Virus record (IMG/VR): IMGVR_UViG_3300046167_000572
Location: 1 to 54,815 of that record
Strand: one strand, 5' to 3'
Length of the DNA: 54,815 nucleotides
Source: a virus
Lineage: Duplodnaviria; Caudoviricetes
The translations under genes and the position numbers were made by a program. The notes beneath the pieces were generated by a model. It did not search any database. It was not told the DNA's origin and saw only the letters and a program-made list of their open reading frames with translations. This document shows, piece after piece, positions 31,941 through 39,591 of this stretch. Positions within the stretch are counted from its first letter, which is position 1; each line of letters starts with the position of its first letter.

Positions 31941-31980
31941 GTAATCAATGTTTACAAACAAACACCCAAAGGAGGGCAAT

Positions 31981-32358
31981 ATGACAACATTAAGACAGAC
32001 AACTAATAACGAAATACTAGCTAACGCTATGAAGCATGCAGAAGAGCCAACACTTTCAAGCATTATCCTTATGTATGTATGGGCATACAAAAGTAAACCT
32101 GCAAGCGATGCAACATATGTTGGAATTCTTGAGGCTGTATTTGAGTACATTGATAACACTCGCTGGGTTGCAGTGAGCCCATCAGAAAAATTAATTCAAT
32201 GGATAAACAGCTCTAACAAAATTGCAAACTCTGGGTATGAGAATTACAAGCAAGCAATAGACTCAGTGCTTGATCAGTATATTGGCAACAGTGGGGTTCA
32301 AGAGCATCCTATATCTTGGACCGCAACTGTAGGTAAACCTGTAAAAATACAAGACTAA
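31981..32358 (+). CDS. Hypothetical early protein (unit 1)
   Basis: SD AAGGAGG before the ATG at 31981 (MTTLRQ...); its stop TAA is part of hammerhead 1 stem I. Confidence 0.75.
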   Translation: MTTLRQTTNNEILANAMKHAEEPTLSSIILMYVWAYKSKPASDATYVGILEAVFEYIDNTRWVAVSPSEKLIQWINSSNKIANSGYENYKQAIDSVLDQYIGNSGVQEHPISWTATVGKPVKIQD

Positions 32359-32402
32359 CTGATGAGACCTGATTGGTCGAAACGCCGTGAGGCGTCTTAG
32401 TC
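32353..32402 (+). ncRNA. Type I hammerhead ribozyme 1
   Basis: GACUAA-CUGAUGA-GACC(UGAUU)GGUC-GAAA-CGCC(GUGA)GGCG-UC^UUAGUC; complete core; predicted cut after C32396. Confidence 0.93.
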
Positions 32403-32426
32403 AAACAAACAGCCAAGGAGGCAATT

Positions 32427-32846
32427 ATGACAACATTTAACGTATATCAAATAACAGTAAGCAATGAGGTCTATGACTTTGTTAATACAGATGGTGAGAG
32501 CCATACTTCTGCTGGTGAGAAGTACCCTGAGTACAAAGCAAAATTAGAAACAATGATGGGTTTTAAAGATTGGAGTGATTCCTACTTCAAACATTACACG
32601 CATGTTTGTGATGTAAAGATCGAGGGAAACAATCCTGAAGATGTTTTTATTGCTCTTAACTCTGGTTCTGATTATGCACTTGATACAGCACCATCAATCG
32701 TCAAGCATACAAACTTTCACAGCTTGAGCGTTGGTGACATTGTTGAAGATGATCTGGGTAACTTTTATTTCTGCGACAGTTATGGCTTCAAGAAGTTTAA
32801 TAACCCAAGAGTGTTACAAGAGGAGGTGATACGCAAAGCAGGCTAA
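32427..32846 (+). CDS. YodL-like domain early protein (unit 2)
   Basis: 'YQI...EDVF..LN...FHSLSVGDIV....FYFCDSYGFKK' resembles the YodL motif; SD AAGGAGG. Confidence 0.7.
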   Translation: MTTFNVYQITVSNEVYDFVNTDGESHTSAGEKYPEYKAKLETMMGFKDWSDSYFKHYTHVCDVKIEGNNPEDVFIALNSGSDYALDTAPSIVKHTNFHSLSVGDIVEDDLGNFYFCDSYGFKKFNNPRVLQEEVIRKAG

Positions 32847-32892
32847 CTGATGAGCTCTCAATGAGCGAAACTCCCTACGGGGAGTCTTAGTC
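32841..32892 (+). ncRNA. Type I hammerhead ribozyme 2
   Basis: GGCUAA-CUGAUGA-GCUC(UCAAU)GAGC-GAAA-CUCCC(UACG)GGGAG-UC^UUAGUC; predicted cut after C32886. Confidence 0.93.
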
Positions 32893-32915
32893 AAAACAAT
32901 TACTGGGAGGTAAAT

Positions 32916-33299
32916 ATGACAAAACTAAATACTAAAACTGATGCTCAAATAACTTGGGAACAAGAAATTGCTATTGCTACTAAGATTAACAGTACAGCTG
33001 ATAAGGCTGAATTGTCTTTAATCAATCCTATTAGATTCTTGAAATATGTTGAGCTTAAAAGATCATTCCATGATCAAGCAGAAGATATGGCTAAATGGAT
33101 CACTAAAGAGCAGTCCAAGGATCATGGACTGGTCCAATCCTTTGCCTACTTCATGGACAAGGGCTACACCATTAACAAGCCTGACAGATATGAGTACAGA
33201 TCAGCGGTCTTCAATGATCTTGCTGAGGCTATCAAGAATGATTCTGAGTACAACATATATGACATAGTTCGTAGATGGGATATGTACTATCACTCATAG
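32916..33299 (+). CDS. Hypothetical early protein (unit 3)
   Basis: 127-aa ORF with SD GGGAGGT. Confidence 0.75.
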   Translation: MTKLNTKTDAQITWEQEIAIATKINSTADKAELSLINPIRFLKYVELKRSFHDQAEDMAKWITKEQSKDHGLVQSFAYFMDKGYTINKPDRYEYRSAVFNDLAEAIKNDSEYNIYDIVRRWDMYYHS

Positions 33300-33365
33300 G
33301 CTAACTGATGAGACCTGATTGGTCGAAACCTTCTCTTTTCCCCGCGAATCGAGGAGGTCTTAGTC
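33299..33365 (+). ncRNA. Type I hammerhead ribozyme 3
   Basis: GGCUAA-CUGAUGA-GACC(UGAUU)GGUC-GAAA-CCUUCUC(15-nt loop)GAGGAGG-UC^UUAGUC; predicted cut after C33359. Confidence 0.9.
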
Positions 33366-33386
33366 AAACAAACCGTAGGAGGGAAT

Positions 33387-33599
33387 ATGACAACAATAGA
33401 AATGAAAATGAAAAGATCAATAGAAGACATGGAGCAAATCTTAGTAGATGCAAAAGTTACTACTTGGGATGCTTTAGAGAATCTATATGATCACATGAGC
33501 CAGTATGCAATTGATCCTGACGGAGATTTTGAGGGCGTTGTTAGGCAAAAGTACAGAACGTATTTATTTGAACAAAGAAAAAATGGAGGGCAATCATAA
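33387..33599 (+). CDS. Hypothetical early protein (unit 4)
   Basis: 70-aa ORF with SD AGGAGG. Confidence 0.7.
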   Translation: MTTIEMKMKRSIEDMEQILVDAKVTTWDALENLYDHMSQYAIDPDGDFEGVVRQKYRTYLFEQRKNGGQS

Positions 33600-33781
33600 T
33601 GGATAACTACACAGCTGTAGGTATTGCAGAGGGATTCATTCCAGCTGATCATGAGGATCAAGTCAGGGAGGCATGGCAACATTTAGTTGACACTGGTCTG
33701 GCTTGGCAACTTCAGGGCTGGTTTGGTAGAACTGCAATGGGTTTAATAGAACAAGGTTTAATAACACAAGGAGGTGAATAA
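33599..33781 (+). CDS. Small hypothetical protein
   Basis: 60 aa; 'AWQHLVDTGLAWQLQGWFGRTA..LIE.G' resembles a recurrent small phage protein; SD GGAGG. Confidence 0.75.
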   Translation: MDNYTAVGIAEGFIPADHEDQVREAWQHLVDTGLAWQLQGWFGRTAMGLIEQGLITQGGE

Positions 33782-34017
33782 TGAGCCTAAATAATCAGAA
33801 CTCTAAATTTGTTTCTTACTTTCTAGATTTTTATCGTGATAGTGGAGATGACATAGCACCCTTAGAGGCGTGCAAGTATTTAAAAATGTATAAAACAAAT
33901 TTTCCTAATCTATGGAGCGGTGGAGACAGCCTAGACAGAGAAAAGGTTTATGAATTATTTTTAATGGGTAGAGCAGATGCTATTGCCAAAGAACACAAAC
34001 AAATGGAGGTGAAATAA
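33781..34017 (+). CDS. Hypothetical early protein
   Basis: TAATG coupling; SD AAGGAGGTG. Confidence 0.7.
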   Translation: MSLNNQNSKFVSYFLDFYRDSGDDIAPLEACKYLKMYKTNFPNLWSGGDSLDREKVYELFLMGRADAIAKEHKQMEVK

Positions 34018-34307
34018 TGACTAATTGGATAACTAAACAAGAACTTGAAACAGCTAAAACCATGGCTTCTGAAATATTTCAAGATTTTAATAGAGTCTAT
34101 TGCTATCAAGAGGGTGAACAAACATGGACAGAGATTGATATAAACGGAAAGTTTTTTGATGTTGAGTGCTTTGATGATGACATGGATAAACCAAGAACTG
34201 ACACATATTGCTCTATATATCCTGTATACCCTACAGAGTGCGGAACGTGGAGAGAAACAGATGGTTCAAAATGGATAAGATTATTTACAAACAAGGAGGT
34301 GAAATAA
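34017..34307 (+). CDS. Hypothetical early protein
   Basis: TAATG coupling; SD GGAGGTG. Confidence 0.7.
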   Translation: MTNWITKQELETAKTMASEIFQDFNRVYCYQEGEQTWTEIDINGKFFDVECFDDDMDKPRTDTYCSIYPVYPTECGTWRETDGSKWIRLFTNKEVK

Positions 34308-34807
34308 TGAGTGCGTATTTATGTAATGCAGATCATATAGGTGAGATGAGCAAGTTCTTTGCTAATGGTAGTGTGCCAATGGCTAGTAGTGAGCTTGTGA
34401 CTCATGCCTATAACATGGTGACAAGGGAGAAGATTTCTTTTTCTTCCCCGCAAGAGGCGGCTGAAATATTAGCCAGAGAGAATATCAAAAGCTTACAGGC
34501 TAGATATCCAGATAGCTGGAAGGGTTTCTTTACATGGAACCCTGAAGGCAAGGATGATGAGTTTGATGAGAGCATGATCCTGCTCTTTGTTAATCAATGC
34601 CAAGCCAAAGCTAAGGGATATCCCAAGGTTAATAAGAAACAGCTTTACGGCATGATCAACTGCTACAGGTATCAAGCCTGCGAAGATGAGAGCTGGGTCC
34701 AGTCTGATGCCTATTGGCTGACACAAAGCCTAAAGAATATTGTGTCAAGCAAGCTCATTGGTGATGTTGATATGTGGGAGTTTAGACCAGAGGAGGACGT
34801 AGCATGA
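34307..34807 (+). CDS. Hypothetical early protein (start MSAYLC)
   Basis: TAATG coupling; SD AAGGAGGTG; 'LARENIKSLQARYPD...CYRYQACE..W..SDA'. Confidence 0.75.
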   Translation: MSAYLCNADHIGEMSKFFANGSVPMASSELVTHAYNMVTREKISFSSPQEAAEILARENIKSLQARYPDSWKGFFTWNPEGKDDEFDESMILLFVNQCQAKAKGYPKVNKKQLYGMINCYRYQACEDESWVQSDAYWLTQSLKNIVSSKLIGDVDMWEFRPEEDVA

Positions 34808-35085
34808 TTATTGATGGAAGTTTTGAATTAGACTTTGTTGACAAAGGAACACCACATAATGGCATGCGTACTGACTATGATGGCTTTAAACCTTTCTGGG
34901 AAGTTCAGTGTCTAAGCAATAGCAATCTATGGTCAGGGAGCAAGCAAGACTGTATTGAATGGATGGCTGATCATTATGTGGATCACTTTAATGAGAACTC
35001 AAAAACTGAAGAGCAAGCTCTAAAAAAATCTTTAGCTTGGGTCAATAAGTGTTTGAAAAAAGCTGAAGCAGAGGAGGTGTCATGA
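34804..35085 (+). CDS. Hypothetical early protein
   Basis: ATGA overlap; SD GAGGAGG. Confidence 0.7.
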   Translation: MIIDGSFELDFVDKGTPHNGMRTDYDGFKPFWEVQCLSNSNLWSGSKQDCIEWMADHYVDHFNENSKTEEQALKKSLAWVNKCLKKAEAEEVS

Positions 35086-35228
35086 CTTGTTCAGAATGTG
35101 GCGGCAACTCCAGAGTTGTAGATGTACGCAAGTACGTTGACGGATCAGTCAACAAACGCAGACGAGAATGTCTGGAATGTAAAAGAAGGTTTACTACATA
35201 CGAGGAGGAATATAAAAAGAAAAAGTAA
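35082..35228 (+). CDS. Stand-alone NrdR-like zinc ribbon (48 aa); not in ORF track
   Basis: Hand translation [48 protein letters not shown] matches the NrdR N-terminal pattern CxxC...V.D.R...RRR.CxxC..RFTT.E; SD GGAGGTG. Confidence 0.8.
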   Translation: MTCSECGGNSRVVDVRKYVDGSVNKRRRECLECKRRFTTYEEEYKKKK

Positions 35229-35242
35229 ACAAATTAAAAGAG

Positions 35243-35270
35243 AAGCGGGGTAATTACCTCGCTTTTTTTT
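35243..35270 (+). terminator. Rho-independent terminator closing the early island
   Basis: AGCGGGGT-AATT-ACCTCGCT followed by a T run. Confidence 0.85.
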
Positions 35271-35497
35271 GCCTTTTTTAAATGTCAAGACTGTTATTGA
35301 TTTTTCTTTTTGGTAGACTAGTAGGTTCCATGTTAATAAAAGAAGCCATAATAAAAATAGCTAGAGATCTGAAATCAGAGAACGGCTTTCACTATCAAGA
35401 AAAACTAATTCTTGATAACTATCCTAATGATCTGACAGAATCAGATATTAAAAAAGCAATGATGGCTGTTGCTTCAGTATCAGACGTGTTGCTTGAT

Positions 35498-35695
35498 CTA
35501 AAGTAAATCTATTTCTTTTATTGAATCTTCGTAGTTGTTTCCAAGTTTTGACCACTCAGCATCTCCACTCATTTTGTATACCCATCCGCTTGCCTTGTGC
35601 TTTCTGCCATGAGGGTTGCTTGGTATCCATCTGATCATAACTCTGTCGTGTCCATTTTCTAGAAACTTTTTTTGAAGCTCTTCTTTTTTGCTCAT
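35498..35695 (-). CDS. Hypothetical protein
   Basis: ORF 35498-35743; probable start MSKKEE. Confidence 0.5.
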   Translation of the reverse strand: MSKKEELQKKFLENGHDRVMIRWIPSNPHGRKHKASGWVYKMSGDAEWSKLGNNYEDSIKEIDLL

Positions 35696-35874
35696 ATCAG
35701 TGTATGGTTTTTTTACCGTCCTTATGATAAACGAAAACCTCACTTAATTCACCCATAAGATCTAATCCTACTTCGTGCAGTGCCTCTTCCGCCTCCTCCC
35801 AGTTTGGAGCAACTATGATTAATTCTTGTGATGTGTCATCAATGTTGGTAAGTGAACCAAGGAATATTTTCATA

Positions 35875-36156
35875 TTACCATTTAACTTTGTTTGCCCAGT
35901 AAGCGGCAGACATCTTTCCTCTTGATATATTTTTGGCGTGTCTTGCTTTGAATGATTTCTTTCTGGCTTTGTTTTTTGCGGTGGTTGGATTTTTTCCCGC
36001 CCCGCTCACGCCCTGCTGACCAAACCTAATTGTTTTTACTTTGGTTCCTTGCTTGGCTACTACAACGTGTGATTTAGTTTTATGACTTGGTGTTCGTTTA
36101 GGTTTATTAAAACCACTAACGCCAGCTCTTGTAAGTCTTGAATCTTTTTTAGACAT
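35875..36156 (-). CDS. Small basic protein
   Basis: 'GFNKPKRTPSH..KSH.V.AK.G...K.IRFGQQG...RKKSFKARH...SAAYWA.K.KW' resembles a recurrent marine phage protein. Confidence 0.75.
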   Translation of the reverse strand: MSKKDSRLTRAGVSGFNKPKRTPSHKTKSHVVVAKQGTKVKTIRFGQQGVSGAGKNPTTAKNKARKKSFKARHAKNISRGKMSAAYWANKVKW

Positions 36157-36398
36157 TATCTTTTCTTTCCTTTGTGCAAACCATGTCTTGCGTGTTGTTT
36201 GCCCTTGGCGGTAGCTTGTCTTTTCTTTTTGTTTGCCTGTGCTAGCTTGCTTCTTCCTTTGGCTGTGGACTTTAGTTTCTTAATTGTTTTAGCTGGGGCG
36301 TAGACCTCTCCAGTAGTTGAGGACTTCTTTCCGCTTGGAGTTCTCCATTTCTGCTTGGTCCATCTTTTTAAAGACTTTTGTTGTTTCTTAAGTGGCAT
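36156..36398 (-). CDS. Small basic protein (DUF5872-like C-terminal portion)
   Basis: 'QKSLKRWTKQKW.T.SGK.S..TGE.Y.P'. Confidence 0.65.
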   Translation of the reverse strand: MPLKKQQKSLKRWTKQKWRTPSGKKSSTTGEVYAPAKTIKKLKSTAKGRSKLAQANKKKRQATAKGKQHARHGLHKGKKR

Positions 36399-36527
36399 TC
36401 TTTTTCTTAGCGTTTGCCTTCCTTCTAACTCTAGAAACTTTTCTTTTTGGCTTTGGCTCTTTCATTAGGCGTGATTCCTGCCTGTTGAGACTCCATTCAA
36501 CAAATCTGTCAAATAATTTTCCTATCA

Positions 36528-36722
36528 TTACTTGTATCCTCCGCCTTTTGCTTTATACATTTTTGCTAGCATCTGGGCTTTTCTTGCGGACCACTGTCCA
36601 GCCCGTCCACCCTTTGATCCAGCCTTGATCCTGTTAAAAAGATTTTTACGCATAGTTGGTTTAGTATAGTTACCAGCAGAATTAACAGTGGACTTTTTCT
36701 TTCCTGGTTTTTTAGCAGGCAT
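36528..36722 (-). CDS. Small basic protein (DUF5872-like N-terminal portion)
   Basis: 'NYTKP.MRK....IKAGSKGG.AGQWSARKAQ.LAK.YK..GGGYK'. Confidence 0.7.
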   Translation of the reverse strand: MPAKKPGKKKSTVNSAGNYTKPTMRKNLFNRIKAGSKGGRAGQWSARKAQMLAKMYKAKGGGYK

Positions 36723-36812
36723 TACTTTTTAGTTTTTTTGCCTTTCTTTGCACCCTTTTTCATTGGGGGTCTTCCTCTTGTTTTTCCGTATGTTCCTTTT
36801 CCTTGTGGCATG

Positions 36813-37106
36813 TTATGTACTCCTAAATTTTCTTACTACTCTATGATAGACCATATCCTTCATGCCCTTCATAGACCTTGTATGCTCTGGTAGTTCGTCC
36901 CATGCTTTTTTTCTTTCCTCCCGCGTTGGAAGTTCAGCAATGGTGTTGACGATTCCCATTTGCATAGATGTAAGATATACCAAATCTATAAAATTTTCAT
37001 CTATATCACTAAGATAGTTCATACGCTCCTGATGGGATTTTAAAAGACTAATTCTATGTGCGTATTGTAATATGTTTATTTGACCTGTCTGATCTGTGTG
37101 CTTCAC
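36813..37106 (-). CDS. Hypothetical protein
   Basis: 97-aa ORF coupled to neighbouring genes. Confidence 0.55.
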   Translation of the reverse strand: MKHTDQTGQINILQYAHRISLLKSHQERMNYLSDIDENFIDLVYLTSMQMGIVNTIAELPTREERKKAWDELPEHTRSMKGMKDMVYHRVVRKFRST

Positions 37107-37393
37107 TTCTTGTTGTGCAGATCATGATTGTATAAAGCAAAGAACCCATAATGAATCACCTTAAGTATATCAGCCCTGTTCTTTCCTTCTTTTTTGCCAT
37201 AGCGTTGTGCATATTTCATCACATTACCCATGCAGAACCCTTCACCGTGCCCACTATCCATTATGAACTCTGTGGCTTGAAACCTGTTTAATGAATAATG
37301 CTGGTCATAAGTCTTGTCCACATATTTTGCAAACTCTTCTATAAGATCTGCTTCGTTATATTTATAATCTATTTCTGTTTTTTTTCTTTGCAT
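37103..37393 (-). CDS. DUF3310-like (T7 gp1.7-related) protein
   Basis: 'HY...GFCMGNVMKYAQRYGKKEG...DILK..HY'. Confidence 0.7.
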   Translation of the reverse strand: MQRKKTEIDYKYNEADLIEEFAKYVDKTYDQHYSLNRFQATEFIMDSGHGEGFCMGNVMKYAQRYGKKEGKNRADILKVIHYGFFALYNHDLHNKK

Positions 37394-37533
37394 TCTTTAT
37401 CCTTCTTTTTTTTCTTTTCCCCAAAAATCTTATCAAAGTTTTCATTAAACTTATCTTTATTGGAAACCCTGTCGCGATCTCCCTTTCCACCATGCCAGCC
37501 CCCAAGCCTTTCTCGTGTTGTCATAATTTTTCC

Positions 37534-37836
37534 TCAGTCATTTTCTATTAGTTCTACAAGTCTATCCAGTAAATCTGTTTGCTTCCCGTACCTTCTTTCA
37601 AATTCATTTTTAAAAGGATGCCGTGAAACATACATGTCATTGTTTGCACCCTCTCTGTGATGTTTATAACAAAGAGGTAAGGTTAAAAGATGTGCCTGCG
37701 GTTTTGTTTTTCCGTCAATGTGATGTATTTCTGCGGGAGAGTAACAACCATAAAACAAATGACAGACTACACAGCCAAAATTGGCTATGGAATCCATCCA
37801 CTCTTTTTCTTTTTTAGTTGGTGATCTTCCTCGCAT
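37534..37836 (-). CDS. Ref-like (recombination enhancement) HNH nuclease
   Basis: 'GCVVC...PAEIHH...LPLC..HHR...H....FE.RYG.Q..LL'. Confidence 0.8.
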   Translation of the reverse strand: MRGRSPTKKEKEWMDSIANFGCVVCHLFYGCYSPAEIHHIDGKTKPQAHLLTLPLCYKHHREGANNDMYVSRHPFKNEFERRYGKQTDLLDRLVELIEND

Positions 37837-37961
37837 AGTCCTTAAGTAACATTTTGTTATTGTTTGTAACGTATTCCTTGTATGTAATTTCAGGTTCGTT
37901 ATGTTTTCTTCTCTCAGTTTTGCACTCTTCGTACATCATTTTGCAATAATCTTTAAAGGTA

Positions 37962-38297
37962 TTATGCTCCATATCTATTCCTCTCTGATCTTAGGTTAGC
38001 CATTTTTGTTCTCCACTCTTCAAACTGCATATCAACAGCCTGCTTCTCTGTCTGCAAAGCATCAAGGCTAGCCTTAGCACCTGCAACGTGTAAGGATGCC
38101 TCATAATAGCTCTCAGTAGCCTCTGCTTTAGATTTTTGAGCATTGTAACTACGCTCTCCATCCTCCTTGGCTTGGCAAAGCTCTATCCAAAAAACTCTTT
38201 TAAGATTTACTTCAGACTTAAGCACGTTGACTCTTGCCTCAGATATTTTTGGTATAATTGCTCTTAGTTGTTCGTGAAAGTTCTCAGATCTGTCCAT
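37962..38297 (-). CDS. Hypothetical helical protein
   Basis: Coiled-coil ORF downstream of dnaB; probable start MDRSEN. Confidence 0.55.
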   Translation of the reverse strand: MDRSENFHEQLRAIIPKISEARVNVLKSEVNLKRVFWIELCQAKEDGERSYNAQKSKAEATESYYEASLHVAGAKASLDALQTEKQAVDMQFEEWRTKMANLRSERNRYGA

Positions 38298-39591
38298 ATT
38301 CTTTTCTTCTCCCGAATGCGATGTCTGCTGGATCAAGGAACTTAGATCGACTTCCATCGAACCCTAGCTCAAACTCTCCTAGCTCACCCATTCTATTTTT
38401 TCTTACTATAACCTCTGAGTTTCCTGTTTCAAGTGAATCATAATAATCACCCCTGTAAAGCATGATTACCATATCAGCATCTTGTTCAATAGAACCAGAG
38501 TCCCTTAAATCTGAAAGAACTGGTCTCTTATCCGTTCTCGACTCCACACCCCTGTTTAATTGAGATAACGAAATTAGCGGACAACCTACGTCCTTTGCCA
38601 ATCCTTTCAGAAGATTTGAAATATAAGTCATCGAAGCAGTTCTGGAATCAGAGTTGCTTGGTGCTTTATTTGATGTCATTAGTAGTTGTAAATAATCTAC
38701 TACTATTAAATCTATATCCTTAACCGCTTGTATAGATTTAGTTTTATTAATTAATGTTTCTATTGTAATTGGTGACTTATCATAGACATATAGATTTGTT
38801 TTAGATAACTTTTCTTTATGGTCCCTGAAGGTTGTCCACTCTGTCTGGCTCATTCCTCCAGACATCATCTTGTCTATTGTTAGACCAGAGTCTGAGCTTA
38901 TAATCTTTTTAATTAACTGTTCGTTTGTCATTTCCAAACTAAACATCAAGACAGTCTTACCTTTAAATATATTATGTGATGCTATGTTTAAAGCCCAAGT
39001 AGTCTTACCCATTCCTGGTCTTCCAGCCACAATAACAAGATCTCCAGACTTAAAGCCCTTGATCTTTTCATCTATTTCACCAAATCCTGTAGAAATAACA
39101 TTTTGATCCTCTGTGCCAGCAAGCCTTATCTCTTCCTCAACACTGTCTAAAATATCAGAAACTGGTTTTGGAGTTCCAATGTTTTTTATAATTTTATTAT
39201 CTATCAGGGATTGATTGACCTGATCTATCTTTTCCTCAATTGTAGTTCTTGACTCTACAATTTCTGGTATTTCTTTTGATAGTTTAAGAAGCTTGTTGTT
39301 AGCTGTCTTGTATTTCATTTGCTTAAGCCATCCGTCAAACCCAGCAGGGCTAATACAATAGGTTGCAGCATATTTTATTTCATCAAATAGAATATCATCT
39401 TTAATATTGTTTCTAAGAGTAACCATATCTGATGCACGAAGGTCTAGCATGGTTGTATATGCTTTGCCGTATGCAACGCTTTCAAACTCTTCTGGCTCCA
39501 AGCCAAGATCCTGTGCGTCCTGAAACTTTGCATGACTTAATATCATTGCACCAATAACATTTGCTTCTAATTCATATATTTCTTTATCCAT
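38284..39591 (-). CDS. dnaB: Replicative DNA helicase
   Basis: 'AGRPGMGKT', 'FSLEM', 'VVDYLQL', 'LSQLNR', 'DLRDSGSIEQDAD', 'KNRMG'. Confidence 0.96.
   Translation of the reverse strand: MDKEIYELEANVIGAMILSHAKFQDAQDLGLEPEEFESVAYGKAYTTMLDLRASDMVTLRNNIKDDILFDEIKYAATYCISPAGFDGWLKQMKYKTANNKLLKLSKEIPEIVESRTTIEEKIDQVNQSLIDNKIIKNIGTPKPVSDILDSVEEEIRLAGTEDQNVISTGFGEIDEKIKGFKSGDLVIVAGRPGMGKTTWALNIASHNIFKGKTVLMFSLEMTNEQLIKKIISSDSGLTIDKMMSGGMSQTEWTTFRDHKEKLSKTNLYVYDKSPITIETLINKTKSIQAVKDIDLIVVDYLQLLMTSNKAPSNSDSRTASMTYISNLLKGLAKDVGCPLISLSQLNRGVESRTDKRPVLSDLRDSGSIEQDADMVIMLYRGDYYDSLETGNSEVIVRKNRMGELGEFELGFDGSRSKFLDPADIAFGRRKEYGQI

Noticed and set aside
32353-33365. Intergenic repeats as a CRISPR array, attC sites or terminators
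   Set aside because: The spacers are whole genes of about 400 bp, there are no cas genes, no attC RYYYAAC/GTTRRRY ends and no U-tracts. The hammerhead consensus explains every conserved base.
33308-33490. 60-aa ORF beginning inside hammerhead 3
   Set aside because: Its ATG is part of the catalytic CUGAUGA, it has no SD, and it overlaps the better-supported ORF at 33387.
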